Origin: Candidatus Latescibacterota bacterium
Lineage (GTDB): Bacteria > Latescibacterota > UBA2968 > GCA-2709665
Direction: 5' to 3'
NCBI GenBank assembly: GCA_963662665.2
Contig: CAXXJS010000064.1
Coordinates: forward strand, 1-22,042
DNA: 22,042 nt
Part shown: piece after piece, positions 1 to 10,036 of the stretch
Numbering within the stretch: the first letter of the stretch is position 1
Layout of the letters: every line of letters starts with the position of its first letter
Position numbers and translations under genes: made by a program
The notes under the pieces: generated by a model
Databases searched by the model: none
What the model was told of the DNA's origin: nothing
The model's input: only the letters and a program-made list of their open reading frames with translations

Positions 1-289
1 GTGCGAAGGCCTCGGGAGACAGGATGGCACGCTGCCGCTTGAGCTCCTGCTCCTGTTGGCGGAGTTGCTCCTCTTCCTGGCTGATGATAGCCGCATACTG
101 CAAACGATAGGTCTCGACCTGAGCGCGAATATTCTTCGCGGCAAGCGCATCCCGTTCGAGCTGTTGAAAATCGATCACGGCGGCCACCGTTCCCGGAAGG
201 TCCTGCGCCGCCAAGACTCCAGGAAGCCCAACCCAAAGGACAAACATCCACTTCGCCAGCGCTAAAACGACTTCCCGATGCATTTCCAT
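1..289 (-). CDS. OmpH/Skp family periplasmic outer-membrane-protein chaperone (5' part; runs off window edge)
   Basis: Not in the ORF track; translated by hand from ATG 289 (TAATG overlap with the bamA stop): MEMHREVVLALAKWMFVLWVGLPGVLAAQDLPGTVAAVIDFQQLERDALAAKNIRAQVETYRLQYAAIISQEEEQLRQQEQELKRQRAILSPEAFA. Signal peptide, AVID strand, coiled coil with ILSPEAF; usual position after bamA. Confidence 0.9.
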   Translation of the reverse strand, partial: MEMHREVVLALAKWMFVLWVGLPGVLAAQDLPGTVAAVIDFQQLERDALAAKNIRAQVETYRLQYAAIISQEEEQLRQQEQELKRQRAILSPEAFA

Positions 290-2631
290 TAGAACCTAGT
301 GCCGAAGCTGAATCTGAAAACTTCGTCGCGATCGAACCGTTCCTTTCTCCAGGCCCACGCGAAGTCCGCGCGAATAGGACCTAACGGCGAACGCCATGAG
401 AAGCCGAATCCCGACGAAATCCTGGGCTCAGAAACGTCAAACACGTTCTCTTTGGAGTCCAGGTCCGGATCCGCAAGGCTACCTATTTCCGTGAACAAAC
501 TGCCGAAAACCCCGAGTTCCCGGAGAGTGCCTAGCGGAGCGGAAACCTCGGCAGTACCCACGTAATAAACAGTACCACCAAGAAAGTCGAGCGTGCGCGT
601 ATCACGGGGGCCGATACCGCCAAAGGCGAACCCGCGGAAGGAATTACCTCCGAGGAAGAACCGGTCGGAGAGACTGACCCGCTCACCGAGCCCCAGGATA
701 TGTCCCCCTTCCAGCGCCAGCATTCCAACCCATTCTCGCCACAAACGCCGGTGGTAGGCAGAATTGAGTTTGTGCCGGAGGTAACGAACGTCTCCACCTA
801 GGCCTGCCAAATCCTGGGCCAATCGGACGACGTAGCCTTCTGTTGGGAAGAAGCGGCTGTCGCGCAGATCGTATAGGACGGTATGTCCGATCGAGGACGT
901 GAGCCGTGTCCCCTTCTGATCCTGAATGAAACGGGATGCATCCTCGTCGACGTCCTCAATGCGATCAATGCGAAACGTATAGCGGACGGCATGCCGCAAC
1001 CTTTCGGCAAACGGGTATCCGACGCGGAGGGTCAAACCCGTGGAATCCCTGTCGAACGATGCGTTTTCCAGATCCCGCTGTCTATTGAAGACGTCGAATC
1101 CGGCGGTCAGGTCACGGTTCAGGAAATAGGGCTCAGTGAACGCGAGATCGATATCCTGACGGCGCGTGGAAATCGCCAGTGCCAAGCGCAGATCCTGTCC
1201 ACGCCCAAGCAGATTCCGTTCGCGTATGCTGACTTCACCTCCGACCTGATCGCTCGAAGAGTACCCGACACCGAACGAAAGCTCTCCGGTTGATTGTTCC
1301 TCCACCTCGATGGTGATCGAGGTCCGGTCATCGGCAAAGGTATCGTCTGCGGCCCCCAACGCCTTTCTGTCGAGAAGACCCTTTTCGTCCTCGACCTCGA
1401 CCTTCTGGAAGAAACCCAACCCACGTATTCGCTGCTGAGATCTGCGCAATTTGGCAGCGTTGAATGCATCACCTTCGGCCAGACGCATTTCACGCCTCAC
1501 CACACGATCCAGAGTCCGAACGTTGCCGACGATGTCGATACGATCGACGTAGACACGAGGCCCTTCGTTGATGCGGTAGTTGACGGATATCCGGCGGCCT
1601 TCACGATCCCGACCAATTTCCGGCCGCACGTCGACAAAGGCATAGCCCAGCCGACCGAGTTCGAACGTCAGATCTTGGATAGAGTCTTCGATCTTGTCGG
1701 CGTCGTATGTCTCGCCCGGATCGGTTGTCAACAATGGCCGCAGAGTTTCGGGGTCAACCCCCCGTAGTTCGGTGGACAGGTCGATATCTCCGAAAGTGTA
1801 GCGCTCTCCTTCCTCGACGGTGATCGTGACGAAGAAGTCGGCCCTATTTCGGGCCAGTTCCGCAACCGCGGAAACGACGCGGAAATCCGCGTAGCCATTT
1901 GCCAGATAATGTCGCCGAAGAAGCTCACGATCGAAATTCAGGCGATCTGGATCATATTTGTCGGCCGACGTAAAAAACCGGTACCAGCGGGCCTCTTTGG
2001 TCGATATCACCGATCGCAAACGCCCGTCGGGAAAAACCCGATTGCCGATGAAGTTTATCTTCCTGATTTCAGTGAGTGGCCCCTCCGAGATTTCGAATAC
2101 GAGATCGACGCGGTTCTGAGGGAGTTGAATGACTTTAGGCTCGACGGTGGCGGCAAACCGACCGCTACGTCGATATACCTGAACGATTCTCTGGACATCG
2201 CTCTGAACGCGTGAACGCGTGTAGACGATCCTCGGCCGAAGCTGAACCTCGGTCTCCAGGGCCTCATCCTTAATCCGGCGATTCCCCTCGAACACCAGCT
2301 GGTTGATGATCGGATTCTCAACCACGCTGACCACGAGGGCGTTACTCTCCCTGCGAATGTTGACGTCGGCAAACAATGCCGTTGCATAGAGCGCTTTCAA
2401 AGCATCGTTGATCGCCAGAACGCCGATGCGATCTCCGACAGTGATCCCGAGGTACGATCGGACCGTGTCTCCCTCGACTCGCTGATTTCCTTGCACGAAG
2501 ACTTCGTCAACGACGAACGAGGTATCAGATTGAGCGATCGCGGGAAGCGACGCCAGTAAATGGGAGCCGATCAGTGCCGCTTTCGCGACGGCACGGCAAC
2601 TGCAGAGAATTCGATGAACCGCCGATATCAC
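289..2631 (-). CDS. bamA: Outer membrane protein assembly factor BamA
   Basis: POTRA repeats (GNQRVE, GNRRIKD, GNVRTLDRVVRRE), barrel start EQSTGELSFGVGYS, loop-6 FRGF, SPLGPIR, C-terminal Phe. The ORF track opens at 2685; GTG 2631 is preferred (GTGA overlap with the rseP stop, followed by a signal peptide ending AIA-Q). Confidence 0.97.
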   Translation of the reverse strand: MISAVHRILCSCRAVAKAALIGSHLLASLPAIAQSDTSFVVDEVFVQGNQRVEGDTVRSYLGITVGDRIGVLAINDALKALYATALFADVNIRRESNALVVSVVENPIINQLVFEGNRRIKDEALETEVQLRPRIVYTRSRVQSDVQRIVQVYRRSGRFAATVEPKVIQLPQNRVDLVFEISEGPLTEIRKINFIGNRVFPDGRLRSVISTKEARWYRFFTSADKYDPDRLNFDRELLRRHYLANGYADFRVVSAVAELARNRADFFVTITVEEGERYTFGDIDLSTELRGVDPETLRPLLTTDPGETYDADKIEDSIQDLTFELGRLGYAFVDVRPEIGRDREGRRISVNYRINEGPRVYVDRIDIVGNVRTLDRVVRREMRLAEGDAFNAAKLRRSQQRIRGLGFFQKVEVEDEKGLLDRKALGAADDTFADDRTSITIEVEEQSTGELSFGVGYSSSDQVGGEVSIRERNLLGRGQDLRLALAISTRRQDIDLAFTEPYFLNRDLTAGFDVFNRQRDLENASFDRDSTGLTLRVGYPFAERLRHAVRYTFRIDRIEDVDEDASRFIQDQKGTRLTSSIGHTVLYDLRDSRFFPTEGYVVRLAQDLAGLGGDVRYLRHKLNSAYHRRLWREWVGMLALEGGHILGLGERVSLSDRFFLGGNSFRGFAFGGIGPRDTRTLDFLGGTVYYVGTAEVSAPLGTLRELGVFGSLFTEIGSLADPDLDSKENVFDVSEPRISSGFGFSWRSPLGPIRADFAWAWRKERFDRDEVFRFSFGTRF

Positions 2632-3761
2632 GAGAAAAACCGAACCACGTACTCGAATACTTCCAATTGTACGAGGTCGTTCCACGTCGCCACCACCATA
2701 AGACCCGCCACCAGAGCCAGCCCAACGCGAAAGCCGTATTCCTGTGCTCTTTCGCCCAGCGGTTTTCCCCGCAGCGCTTCGAATGCGTAGAACAAGAGGT
2801 GGCCTCCGTCCAAGACCGGTATAGGGAACAGGTTGATCAGTCCCAGGCTGATCGAAAGAACGGCCATAAACTGAACGACGGAAGTTATTCCAATTTGGGC
2901 CGCTTGACCCGACATTTGCACAATGCCGATGGGGCCACGCAAGTCGTCAGGCGATCGCAATCCGACGATCATTTGCCCGACATACCGCAATGTCATGACG
3001 GTGAACGTGTACGTCTGTTTTGCGGCGTACCAAACCGCGCTTAGCGGGTCATGGCGGATAAAGTCAACACCACTTCGTTGAACGCCCAGAAATCCAACAT
3101 CATGTGTATTACCGAATCGATCGGTGAGCGTCCGCACTCCCGGCGTTACGTTCAGTTCTAGCTGGCGGCTTCCCCTCGCCACGAGCATCACGAGCGGCCG
3201 ACCCGGACTCGTCATGACGAGTTGCTGCACTTCTTCAAATCGATCGACACCCTGACCGTCGATTTCGATAATCCTGTCGCCGGCTCGAAATCCTGCCGAC
3301 GCCGCTGCTGTGTCGGAGATGACTTCCTGGACAACGGGCGGCGTGAACGGTTGCCCGACAACTGCGAAAAGTCCGGCCAGGAGCACCACGGCAAGCAGGA
3401 AGTTCGCGATAGGACCGGCGGACACGACCATCGTCCGCACACCCAACGGTTTTTCCTGAAAATATTCCTTTCGTTGCTCTCTAGAAGGCTCCGCCTCCTG
3501 CGTACTCCGTACCGAGGTAGCATCCGCGTCCCCAAAAAACTTCACGTACCCTCCCAGCGGCAACCAACCGATGCGCCACCGTGTGCCCTTGGAGTCGCGC
3601 CAGTGACAGATTTCCCGGCCAAATCCAATGGAGAAGGTCTCGACAGCAACACCGCACCAGCGCGCCACGAGGTAATGGCCCATCTCGTGAACAAACACCA
3701 ATACCGTCAGCACGAAAAGAAACGACACCAGATACGTCCAAATGCCGCTCAAGAATTCCAT
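2628..3761 (-). CDS. rseP: RIP (site-2) zinc metalloprotease RseP
   Basis: HEMGH zinc motif, FSIGFG, PLGGYVKF, AGPIANF, PDZ domain, NLFPIPVLDGG. ATG 3761 follows GAGGGG; the ORF track opens at 3797. Confidence 0.96.
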   Translation of the reverse strand: MEFLSGIWTYLVSFLFVLTVLVFVHEMGHYLVARWCGVAVETFSIGFGREICHWRDSKGTRWRIGWLPLGGYVKFFGDADATSVRSTQEAEPSREQRKEYFQEKPLGVRTMVVSAGPIANFLLAVVLLAGLFAVVGQPFTPPVVQEVISDTAAASAGFRAGDRIIEIDGQGVDRFEEVQQLVMTSPGRPLVMLVARGSRQLELNVTPGVRTLTDRFGNTHDVGFLGVQRSGVDFIRHDPLSAVWYAAKQTYTFTVMTLRYVGQMIVGLRSPDDLRGPIGIVQMSGQAAQIGITSVVQFMAVLSISLGLINLFPIPVLDGGHLLFYAFEALRGKPLGERAQEYGFRVGLALVAGLMVVATWNDLVQLEVFEYVVRFFS

Positions 3762-3820
3762 CCAGCCGCCCCTCTGCTCCGAAGAATTCCGATGCACGTC
3801 ATCTTACGAACCAGTGTATC

Positions 3821-4999
3821 CTACCCCACGCATTCACGCGCAATTTCGCGAGCCTCACGATCAATTTCGAGCACATCTTCCAGCGACTGTATGGTCCTGC
3901 CGACCAACGCAGCCAAGACATGTTCAACGGTCTCGGCAATTTTCAAGAACCCCAATGAACCGCTGAGAAATCCATCCACCGCCACTTCGTTTGCTGCGTT
4001 GAGGACGGCCGGCGACGCTCCACCTTGTTTTAGCGCCTCCCTCGCCAAGCGCAATGCCGGAAACCGGTCCATGTCGGGCCGCTCAAACGTGAGTTGGCCC
4101 AATTCAGCGAGATCAAGCCTCGCTGCCGGCGTTTGCATCCGCGACGGCCAACCCAGCGTATAAGCAATGGGCGTTCGCATGTCGGGCATGCCGAGTTGCG
4201 CCAAGACAGAACCGTCGACGTAGGCGACCAAGCTGTGCACGACCGATTGCGGGTGGACCAAGATCTCTATCCTGTCTTCGGGAATCTGAAATATTTGATG
4301 GGCCTCGATCAGCTCAAGTCCCTTGTTAAACATCGTTGCCGAATCGACGGAAATCTTCGCTCCCATATCCCATGTGGGATGCGCCACTGCCTGCGCCGGA
4401 GTTACGCGTCCCATTACTTCAAGCTCGAGTGTTCTGAACGGCCCACCCGATGCCGTTAGGATCACTCGTTCGACCGCGTCGCGGCGCTCGAAATCAAACA
4501 CCTGAAAGATGGCATTGTGCTCGGAATCCACGGGAAGAAGGGTTCCACCGCTGGATCTGATTTCCTCCATCAACAACGGTCCCGCGCTGACAAGGCATTC
4601 CTTATTGGCGAGGGCGACGATGGCACCGCGTCGAGCCGCCGCCAGAGTGGGTTCCAATCCTGCCGCACCTACAATGGCTGCCATAACCCATTCGGCGGGG
4701 CGGGCCGCCGCTTCAACGAGCGCATCCCGACCCGCCTCTATCTGAATGCCCGTGCCCGACAGTTCGCTCTTCAGTTCCGAGTACTTGTCTTTGTCTGCGA
4801 TCACGGCGAGTCCCGGCTCGAACCGCAACGCCTGCTCGGCCAGAAGCGCGTAATTGGTGTTCGCGGTGAGCACCTCAACGGAATATTCGTCGGGCCTCCT
4901 GGCGATCAGATCCAATGTGTTGCAACCCACCGAACCCGTCGAACCGAGTACCGTGACCGTTCGCACCCCATCGTCCGAATTTAGCGATTTCACGGCCAT
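3821..4999 (-). CDS. dxr: 1-deoxy-D-xylulose-5-phosphate reductoisomerase
   Basis: LGSTGSVG, LANKE, LPVDSEHNAIFQ, LTASGGPFR, HPTWDMGAKISVDSATMFNKGLE, PDMRTPI, NAANE. Confidence 0.98.
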   Translation of the reverse strand: MAVKSLNSDDGVRTVTVLGSTGSVGCNTLDLIARRPDEYSVEVLTANTNYALLAEQALRFEPGLAVIADKDKYSELKSELSGTGIQIEAGRDALVEAAARPAEWVMAAIVGAAGLEPTLAAARRGAIVALANKECLVSAGPLLMEEIRSSGGTLLPVDSEHNAIFQVFDFERRDAVERVILTASGGPFRTLELEVMGRVTPAQAVAHPTWDMGAKISVDSATMFNKGLELIEAHQIFQIPEDRIEILVHPQSVVHSLVAYVDGSVLAQLGMPDMRTPIAYTLGWPSRMQTPAARLDLAELGQLTFERPDMDRFPALRLAREALKQGGASPAVLNAANEVAVDGFLSGSLGFLKIAETVEHVLAALVGRTIQSLEDVLEIDREAREIARECVG

Positions 5000-5802
5000 A
5001 GGGGCACAGTCCCTCCGCCCGCCACAGCCAGCGCAACCACGGCCATGGCGCCAAACAACAGGCTATCCAGACGATCGAGAACTCCGCCGTGCCCCGGAAT
5101 GATAGTGCCCATATCCTTTACGCCGAATCGGCGTTTCACCACGGAGACCGCCAAGTCACCACCCTGTCCAGCCAACGAAACCAGGATACTGGCCAAAACT
5201 GCCCTGATCGTCGATATGTCGGGTAACACGGTCACCGTTGCCACGCCGACCAAAACGCCGGCGCCTGTGCCGCCAACAAAACCGGCCCACGTTTTGCTCG
5301 GGCTAATCGTCGGTGCAAGACTCGCTCCACCAATCCATTTGCCCACGAAATAGGCGCCGCTGTCCGTCGCCCACAACACGACCAGCAGCCATACGATCAC
5401 CGTTATCCCCTCGTTGGCGCCTCTCAGCCATACCAGGCAGACGACAGGCACACCTATGGCAACCAAGCCGACCGCCGGCCAGCGAGAATACGTGCCATCC
5501 TTTCGGGGGACGACGAGATCGACGAATATCCCGACTCCAATGAGCGCCAGGGCCCATTGGATGCTGCCGAACGAAACAACCGACAAGGCGGCGAGCGTCG
5601 TGATGATCCCAACTAACGTGTGGCGTCCTGTCCGCTCCCCACCTGTAACGGGCTCCCATTCGCATGCCATGAGAGTGACGGCAATCGCCGCAAGGAGCGA
5701 GAACACCCAACCCCCGAAATAGACAGCCGCCAAAGCGACGGGAATGAGGATTGTCGCAGCGACCACACGTTGGAAGAGTTCGCTGGATACACGTTCAGCC
5801 AT
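4990..5802 (-). CDS. cdsA: Phosphatidate cytidylyltransferase
   Basis: Polytopic membrane protein with WATDSGAYFVG, ISPSKTWAG, GDL..S..KRRFGVKD.G.IIPGHGGVLDRLDS. Start uncertain (ATG 5802 overlapping the uppS stop, or 5814). Confidence 0.95.
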   Translation of the reverse strand: MAERVSSELFQRVVAATILIPVALAAVYFGGWVFSLLAAIAVTLMACEWEPVTGGERTGRHTLVGIITTLAALSVVSFGSIQWALALIGVGIFVDLVVPRKDGTYSRWPAVGLVAIGVPVVCLVWLRGANEGITVIVWLLVVLWATDSGAYFVGKWIGGASLAPTISPSKTWAGFVGGTGAGVLVGVATVTVLPDISTIRAVLASILVSLAGQGGDLAVSVVKRRFGVKDMGTIIPGHGGVLDRLDSLLFGAMAVVALAVAGGGTVPLWP

Positions 5803-6526
5803 TGCTGGCGCCATACCGCCGATCGCGACCGTAATACTCGCTGACGGCCTCCTCAAGGTTCCGTTTGGAGAAATCCGGCCACAAGGTGTCCATGAAAATG
5901 AGTTCGGAATAAGCCAGCTGCCAAAGCAGAAAATTACTTAAGCGCTGTTCACCGCTGGTCCGAATCAGAAGGTCCGGAGGAGGCATATTCGCCGTATCGA
6001 GGAAACGCTCGAACACGTCTTCCGTAAGGGAGTCAAGACGCAACGCACCTTCTGAAACAGCCTGCGCAATGTTTTTGCACGCACCCAGAATTTCGTTGTG
6101 GCTGCCATAGTTGATGGCGATCGTCAGGGTTAGACCGGTATTGGCGCCCGTCTTTGTTTCCGCTCCATCGATCAGCGATTTGATATCGTCGGCAAGCGGC
6201 GACCGATCTCCGATGAAACACACTCGAACATTGTTGCCGTGAAGCTCGCTTATTTCCCGCCTTAGATAGTGTCGGAGCAGCGCCATCAAGTCGTCCACCT
6301 CGGACGGGGGGCGTTTCCAGTTCTCCGACGAAAATGCATAGAGCGTGAGGTAGGAAATTCCAAGCTCACAGCAGCTCTCCACCACCACTCGGACGGCCTC
6401 AGCACCTCTCTGGTGTCCGGCCAATCTGGGAAGCCCCCGAGCCTTCGCCCAGCGCCCGTTGCCGTCCATGATGATCGCAACGTGAGTGGGTGGTTTTGCA
6501 AACTGCTCGAGATCAAGCACTTGCAT
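5795..6526 (-). CDS. uppS: Undecaprenyl diphosphate synthase (isoprenyl transferase)
   Basis: HVAIIMDGNGRWA, YAFSSENWKRP, DLLIRTSGEQRLSNFLLWQLAYSE, RDRRYG. Confidence 0.98.
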   Translation of the reverse strand: MQVLDLEQFAKPPTHVAIIMDGNGRWAKARGLPRLAGHQRGAEAVRVVVESCCELGISYLTLYAFSSENWKRPPSEVDDLMALLRHYLRREISELHGNNVRVCFIGDRSPLADDIKSLIDGAETKTGANTGLTLTIAINYGSHNEILGACKNIAQAVSEGALRLDSLTEDVFERFLDTANMPPPDLLIRTSGEQRLSNFLLWQLAYSELIFMDTLWPDFSKRNLEEAVSEYYGRDRRYGASNG

Positions 6527-6529
6527 CGA

Positions 6530-7087
6530 TTAGACCTGCAGTATTTCCTCTTCCTTGGCAACAGCGGTTTCGTCGATCTTGGCCACCATCTCGTCCGTCA
6601 ACTGTTGGATTTCTTCCGCCCAGGCACGATGCTCGTCCTGTGACATCTCGCCCGCCTTCTCCATCTGCTTGAGCGCCTCCATCTCATTACGCCGCACATT
6701 TCGCACGGCCACCCGAGCCTGTTCCGCGTACTTGCTCGCGACCTTGGTGAGGTCCTGCCGACGCTCCTCATTGAGCTCAGGAATGGGAACGCGGATGAGC
6801 TGACCGTCGACGGAGGGATTGAGGCCCAATCCCGATGCCTGAATGGCTTTTTCGACTGCCTTGACCGTGCCCTTGTCCCACACTTGAACCGTCAAGAGGC
6901 GTGGCTCGGGAACGTTGATGTGCGCAAGTTGGTTCAACGGCATCTGACTGCCATAGGCATCAACCGTGATCGGCTCCAGCAAGCTGGCCGAAGCCCGGCC
7001 CGTGCGAAGACCGGCGAACTCCTGTTTCAGAACCTCCAACGCACCATCCATGCGACGCTGAATTCCATCAATATCCGGATCAGCCAT
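6530..7087 (-). CDS. frr: Ribosome recycling factor
   Basis: 185 aa; [29 protein letters not shown]; between pyrH and uppS. Confidence 0.98.
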   Translation of the reverse strand: MADPDIDGIQRRMDGALEVLKQEFAGLRTGRASASLLEPITVDAYGSQMPLNQLAHINVPEPRLLTVQVWDKGTVKAVEKAIQASGLGLNPSVDGQLIRVPIPELNEERRQDLTKVASKYAEQARVAVRNVRRNEMEALKQMEKAGEMSQDEHRAWAEEIQQLTDEMVAKIDETAVAKEEEILQV

Positions 7088-7817
7088 GCCCCTGTTCCTC
7101 CTCGCTGATCATCGTGTACCTACCTTCGCCACACACCACGTCAGCAAAAGAACCCGCCGTCTGAATGGAAAATACAAGGATCGGAATCAAGTTTTCACGC
7201 GCAAGGGAAATCGCCGCAGCGTCCATCACCTTGAGGTCCTTGGACAGCACGTCCATGTAGCTCAAGGTATCATATCTCTGGGCGTCCTTGTTCCTTTGTG
7301 GATCGGCCGAATAGACACCATCGACCTGTGTGCCCTTCAGCAAAGCATCGCACCCCATCTCGGTTGCGCGGAGAGCGGCTGCGGTATCCGTGGTAAAGAA
7401 CGGATTTCCGGTCCCACCCGCGAAGATGACCACCCGGCCCTTCTCCAGATGACGTACCGCCCGGCGACGTATGTAGGGTTCGCAAATCGTCGTCATCGGG
7501 ATGGCCGACAACACCCGCGTGTAGACCCCATGCGCCTCGAGCGTGCCTTGAATCGCGACGGCATTGATCACCGTCGCCAACATGCCCATGTAATCGGCGC
7601 TGGCTCTGTCTAACCCGGCGGTGACACCTGAAATCCCACGGAAAATGTTCCCGCCCCCGACCACGACGCAAACTTCGACGCCGAGATCGTGAACCGCCTT
7701 GATGTCACGCGAGATTCGATCGACCGCCGAGAAATCAACGCCGTAGGCCGAGTCGCCGAGAAGCACCTCACCTGATGCTTTCAGCATGACTCGCCGAAAC
7801 TTGGCAGCACACGACAT
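7080..7817 (-). CDS. pyrH: UMP kinase
   Basis: [54 protein letters not shown] 7817 preferred to the ORF-track GTG 7874. Confidence 0.98.
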   Translation of the reverse strand: MSCAAKFRRVMLKASGEVLLGDSAYGVDFSAVDRISRDIKAVHDLGVEVCVVVGGGNIFRGISGVTAGLDRASADYMGMLATVINAVAIQGTLEAHGVYTRVLSAIPMTTICEPYIRRRAVRHLEKGRVVIFAGGTGNPFFTTDTAAALRATEMGCDALLKGTQVDGVYSADPQRNKDAQRYDTLSYMDVLSKDLKVMDAAAISLARENLIPILVFSIQTAGSFADVVCGEGRYTMISEEEQGHG

Positions 7818-7884
7818 GGCGCTCTCAGGCGGAAGGTCCCAGGTCCTTCTGGCCCGCAGATCGACCAGGTTCACCCGGGCGCAA

Positions 7885-7913
7885 ACCTTACAGTATTCGT
7901 GCTGTCCTGCGAA
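7885..7913 (-). promoter_or_regulatory. Possible internal sigma70 promoter for pyrH-frr-uppS...
   Basis: TTCGCA-N17-TAAGGT followed by GC-rich TTGCGCCC in the 119-bp tsf-pyrH spacer. Degenerate match only. Confidence 0.35.
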
Positions 7914-7936
7914 GAGAGTCTTTGTTCTGCAAGCAG

Positions 7937-8863
7937 TTAGTCGGACAACTGTGCCACGACCTCCGCTGCAAAATCTTCTTCTTCGCGCTCGATGCCCTCA
8001 CCTAGAGCAAACCTTACGAATCCAGCCAGCTTGATGTCCGTGCCCAGGTCCCGCGCGGCCTGTTCCACGACCTTGGACACCTTCGTCTCGCCATCGATGA
8101 CGTAGATCTGCTCGTTCAGAACCGCTTCCTCGTAAAACTTACGGAGCCGCCCTTCCGTCATTTTGGCGATGATGTCCTGTGACTTGCCAGACTGTCGCCC
8201 CTGTTCCGCGAGCACGGCCCGTTCCCGCTCGACCACCGCGGAATCCAACGAGTCAACCGATAGGGACAAGGGGCTGGCGGCCGCCACGTGCATCGCTATT
8301 TGTTTCCCAAGTCCCGAGAGCGTCTCAGTGTCACCGTCGGACTCGAGGGCCACGAGAACGCCGATCTTGCCGAGATTGGGGACCACGGTGTTATGGACGT
8401 AGCTGGCCACTACACCCGACCGTACCGCAAGAGCGTCGGACCTGCGGAACTGGATATTTTCGCCGACTGTCGCGACCATCTGCTGAACCTGCTCCCCCAC
8501 GGTGCGCGCCTCGCCCGGATAGGGCGCCGCCAACGTGCCGTCGTAGTCGCCTTGGTTCGTCAATGCCACACCCGCGATAGTTCGAACAAATTCCTGAAAC
8601 GACTCGTTCCGCCCCACGAAATCGGTTTCGGAGTTGATTTCCACCACTGCGGCGGAGCACCCGGAAACAGCGACTCCCACGAGGCCTTCTGCCGCGACCC
8701 GGCTCGCCTTCCTGGCCGCTGCAGACAGACCTTTGGTACGTAGCCAGTCAACGGCTGCGTCCATGTCACCATCATTTTCGGCAAGGGCTTGCTTGCAATC
8801 CATCATGCCCGCACCGGTACGCTCTCGGAGGATCTTTACTTCGGATGCCGAGATACTTGCCAT
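7937..8863 (-). CDS. tsf: Translation elongation factor Ts
   Basis: [34 protein letters not shown]; SD AGGTGAG; follows rpsB. Confidence 0.98.
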   Translation of the reverse strand: MASISASEVKILRERTGAGMMDCKQALAENDGDMDAAVDWLRTKGLSAAARKASRVAAEGLVGVAVSGCSAAVVEINSETDFVGRNESFQEFVRTIAGVALTNQGDYDGTLAAPYPGEARTVGEQVQQMVATVGENIQFRRSDALAVRSGVVASYVHNTVVPNLGKIGVLVALESDGDTETLSGLGKQIAMHVAAASPLSLSVDSLDSAVVERERAVLAEQGRQSGKSQDIIAKMTEGRLRKFYEEAVLNEQIYVIDGETKVSKVVEQAARDLGTDIKLAGFVRFALGEGIEREEEDFAAEVVAQLSD

Positions 8864-8926
8864 GTTCTCACCTACGTACGATCAGCATTCAACTCTGGTC
8901 GGGCGCTACTGTTTTCGGGTTTCACC

Positions 8927-9826
8927 TTAGCTGGTGGCCGACCGCGCTACCTCCTCGGCGATTTCCCCTCCCGGGTCTACAGGCTCGGAGTCTTTGGAAG
9001 GTGCTTCAGACGACGCTTCTTCCGTCTCCGGTTCGGCGTCACCGGACTCTACCCTCTCGCCGCTCACATCTTCGGCGGCGGGAATTTCCTCCGATACGGG
9101 ATCTTCTGCTTTGCCCACGTCTTCGCCACGCGCGGACATTTCCGCCTGAATTCCGTCGAGCACGGATTGGACCATGAGATCGCAGTACAAGTTGATGGCC
9201 CGCAGCGCATCATCGTTCCCCGGTACAGGATAAGTAATCCCGACGGGATCCGAATTGCTGTCGACAATCGCGGCCACAGGAATGCTGAGCTTCTGTCCCT
9301 CCTTTATGGCGATGTCTTCCTTGTTCGTGTCGACCACGAACAGGAGATCCGGGATGCCGCCCATTTCCTTGATTCCGCCGAGCGCGCGTTCGAGTCGATC
9401 GCGTTCGCGAGTCAGGCGGAGCAATTCCTTCTTCGTCAGGCCAACATTGTCGCCCGCCAGCATCTCGTCCAAGTCCTTGAGGCGTTTGATCGAGATCGAG
9501 ATCGTGCTCCAATTGGTCAACATGCCGCCAAGCCATCGGTGGTTGACGTAATACTGCCCGCATCGCTGGGCCGCTTCCGTGACCGGCAACGATGCCTGGC
9601 GCTTGGTGCCGACAAACAGCACACGACCGCCCGACGACACGATGTCCCGCACCGCGTCCAGCGCCCGATGAAGCATCGGTACGGTTTGCTCGAGATCGAT
9701 GATGTGAATACCGTTGCGCACGCCGAAAATGTATTGAGACATCTTCGGGTTCCAACGGTGAGTCTGATGCCCGAAATGTACCCCAGCTTCGAGCAGCTGG
9801 CGCATCGTAAAGGTTGGTGCAACCAT
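8927..9826 (-). CDS. rpsB: 30S ribosomal protein S2 with acidic C-terminal tail
   Basis: [39 protein letters not shown] 9826 is preceded by AGAAGGA; the ORF-track extension to 9895 runs through the leader RNA. Confidence 0.98.
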   Translation of the reverse strand: MVAPTFTMRQLLEAGVHFGHQTHRWNPKMSQYIFGVRNGIHIIDLEQTVPMLHRALDAVRDIVSSGGRVLFVGTKRQASLPVTEAAQRCGQYYVNHRWLGGMLTNWSTISISIKRLKDLDEMLAGDNVGLTKKELLRLTRERDRLERALGGIKEMGGIPDLLFVVDTNKEDIAIKEGQKLSIPVAAIVDSNSDPVGITYPVPGNDDALRAINLYCDLMVQSVLDGIQAEMSARGEDVGKAEDPVSEEIPAAEDVSGERVESGDAEPETEEASSEAPSKDSEPVDPGGEIAEEVARSATS

Positions 9827-9840
9827 CTTCGTGTCCTTCT

Positions 9841-9946
9841 CCGGTTCATCCGCCGCGGGGTTCGGTTCATCATGGTCTCTGAACCCGATGAACACCGGAT
9901 CGACGTTCCGGTTCTTTATTGTCGGAAGGCCGCATCCCGCGTGAGT
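9841..9946 (-). ncRNA. rpsB 5' leader (S2 autoregulatory element, t44-like)
   Basis: mRNA sense: ACUCACGCGGG...CCCGCGGCGG outer stem; hairpins UUCCG/CGGAA and GUUCAUC/GAUGAAC; linker CCGGU complementary to ACCGG just before the SD (potential pseudoknot). This resembles the known S2-leader architecture. Confidence 0.8.
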
Positions 9947-9982
9947 ATTCGCGCTGACCTGCCGGCCAACGCTCCGCGCCGC

Positions 9983-10011
9983 TAGATACCCGTCAGATGC
10001 CGCACGTGCAA
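9983..10011 (-). promoter_or_regulatory. sigma70 promoter of rpsB-tsf
   Basis: (C)TTGCAC at 10011-10006, 17-nt spacer, TATCTA at 9988-9983, then GC-rich GCGGCGC. A -10 element lacking the final T is common in Alphaproteobacteria. Confidence 0.7.
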
Positions 10012-10036
10012 GGGAATTTCGATGGGGACGCGCGTC

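Noticed and set aside
56-265. 69-aa + strand ORF in the track
   Set aside because: Antisense to the OmpH/Skp gene, which the track missed because it runs off the window.
8789-9985. 398-aa + strand ORF antisense to rpsB, and similar ones opposite rseP/dxr, dnaE, proS and lol genes
   Set aside because: Shadow ORFs expected from GC-rich codon bias; no recognisable motifs; fully overlap conserved genes.
10002-10036. Palindromes GACGCGCGTC (10027-10036) and GCACGTGC (10002-10009) between dnaE and rpsB
   Set aside because: Short, GC-rich, no loop or U tract; not supportable as a terminator or operator.
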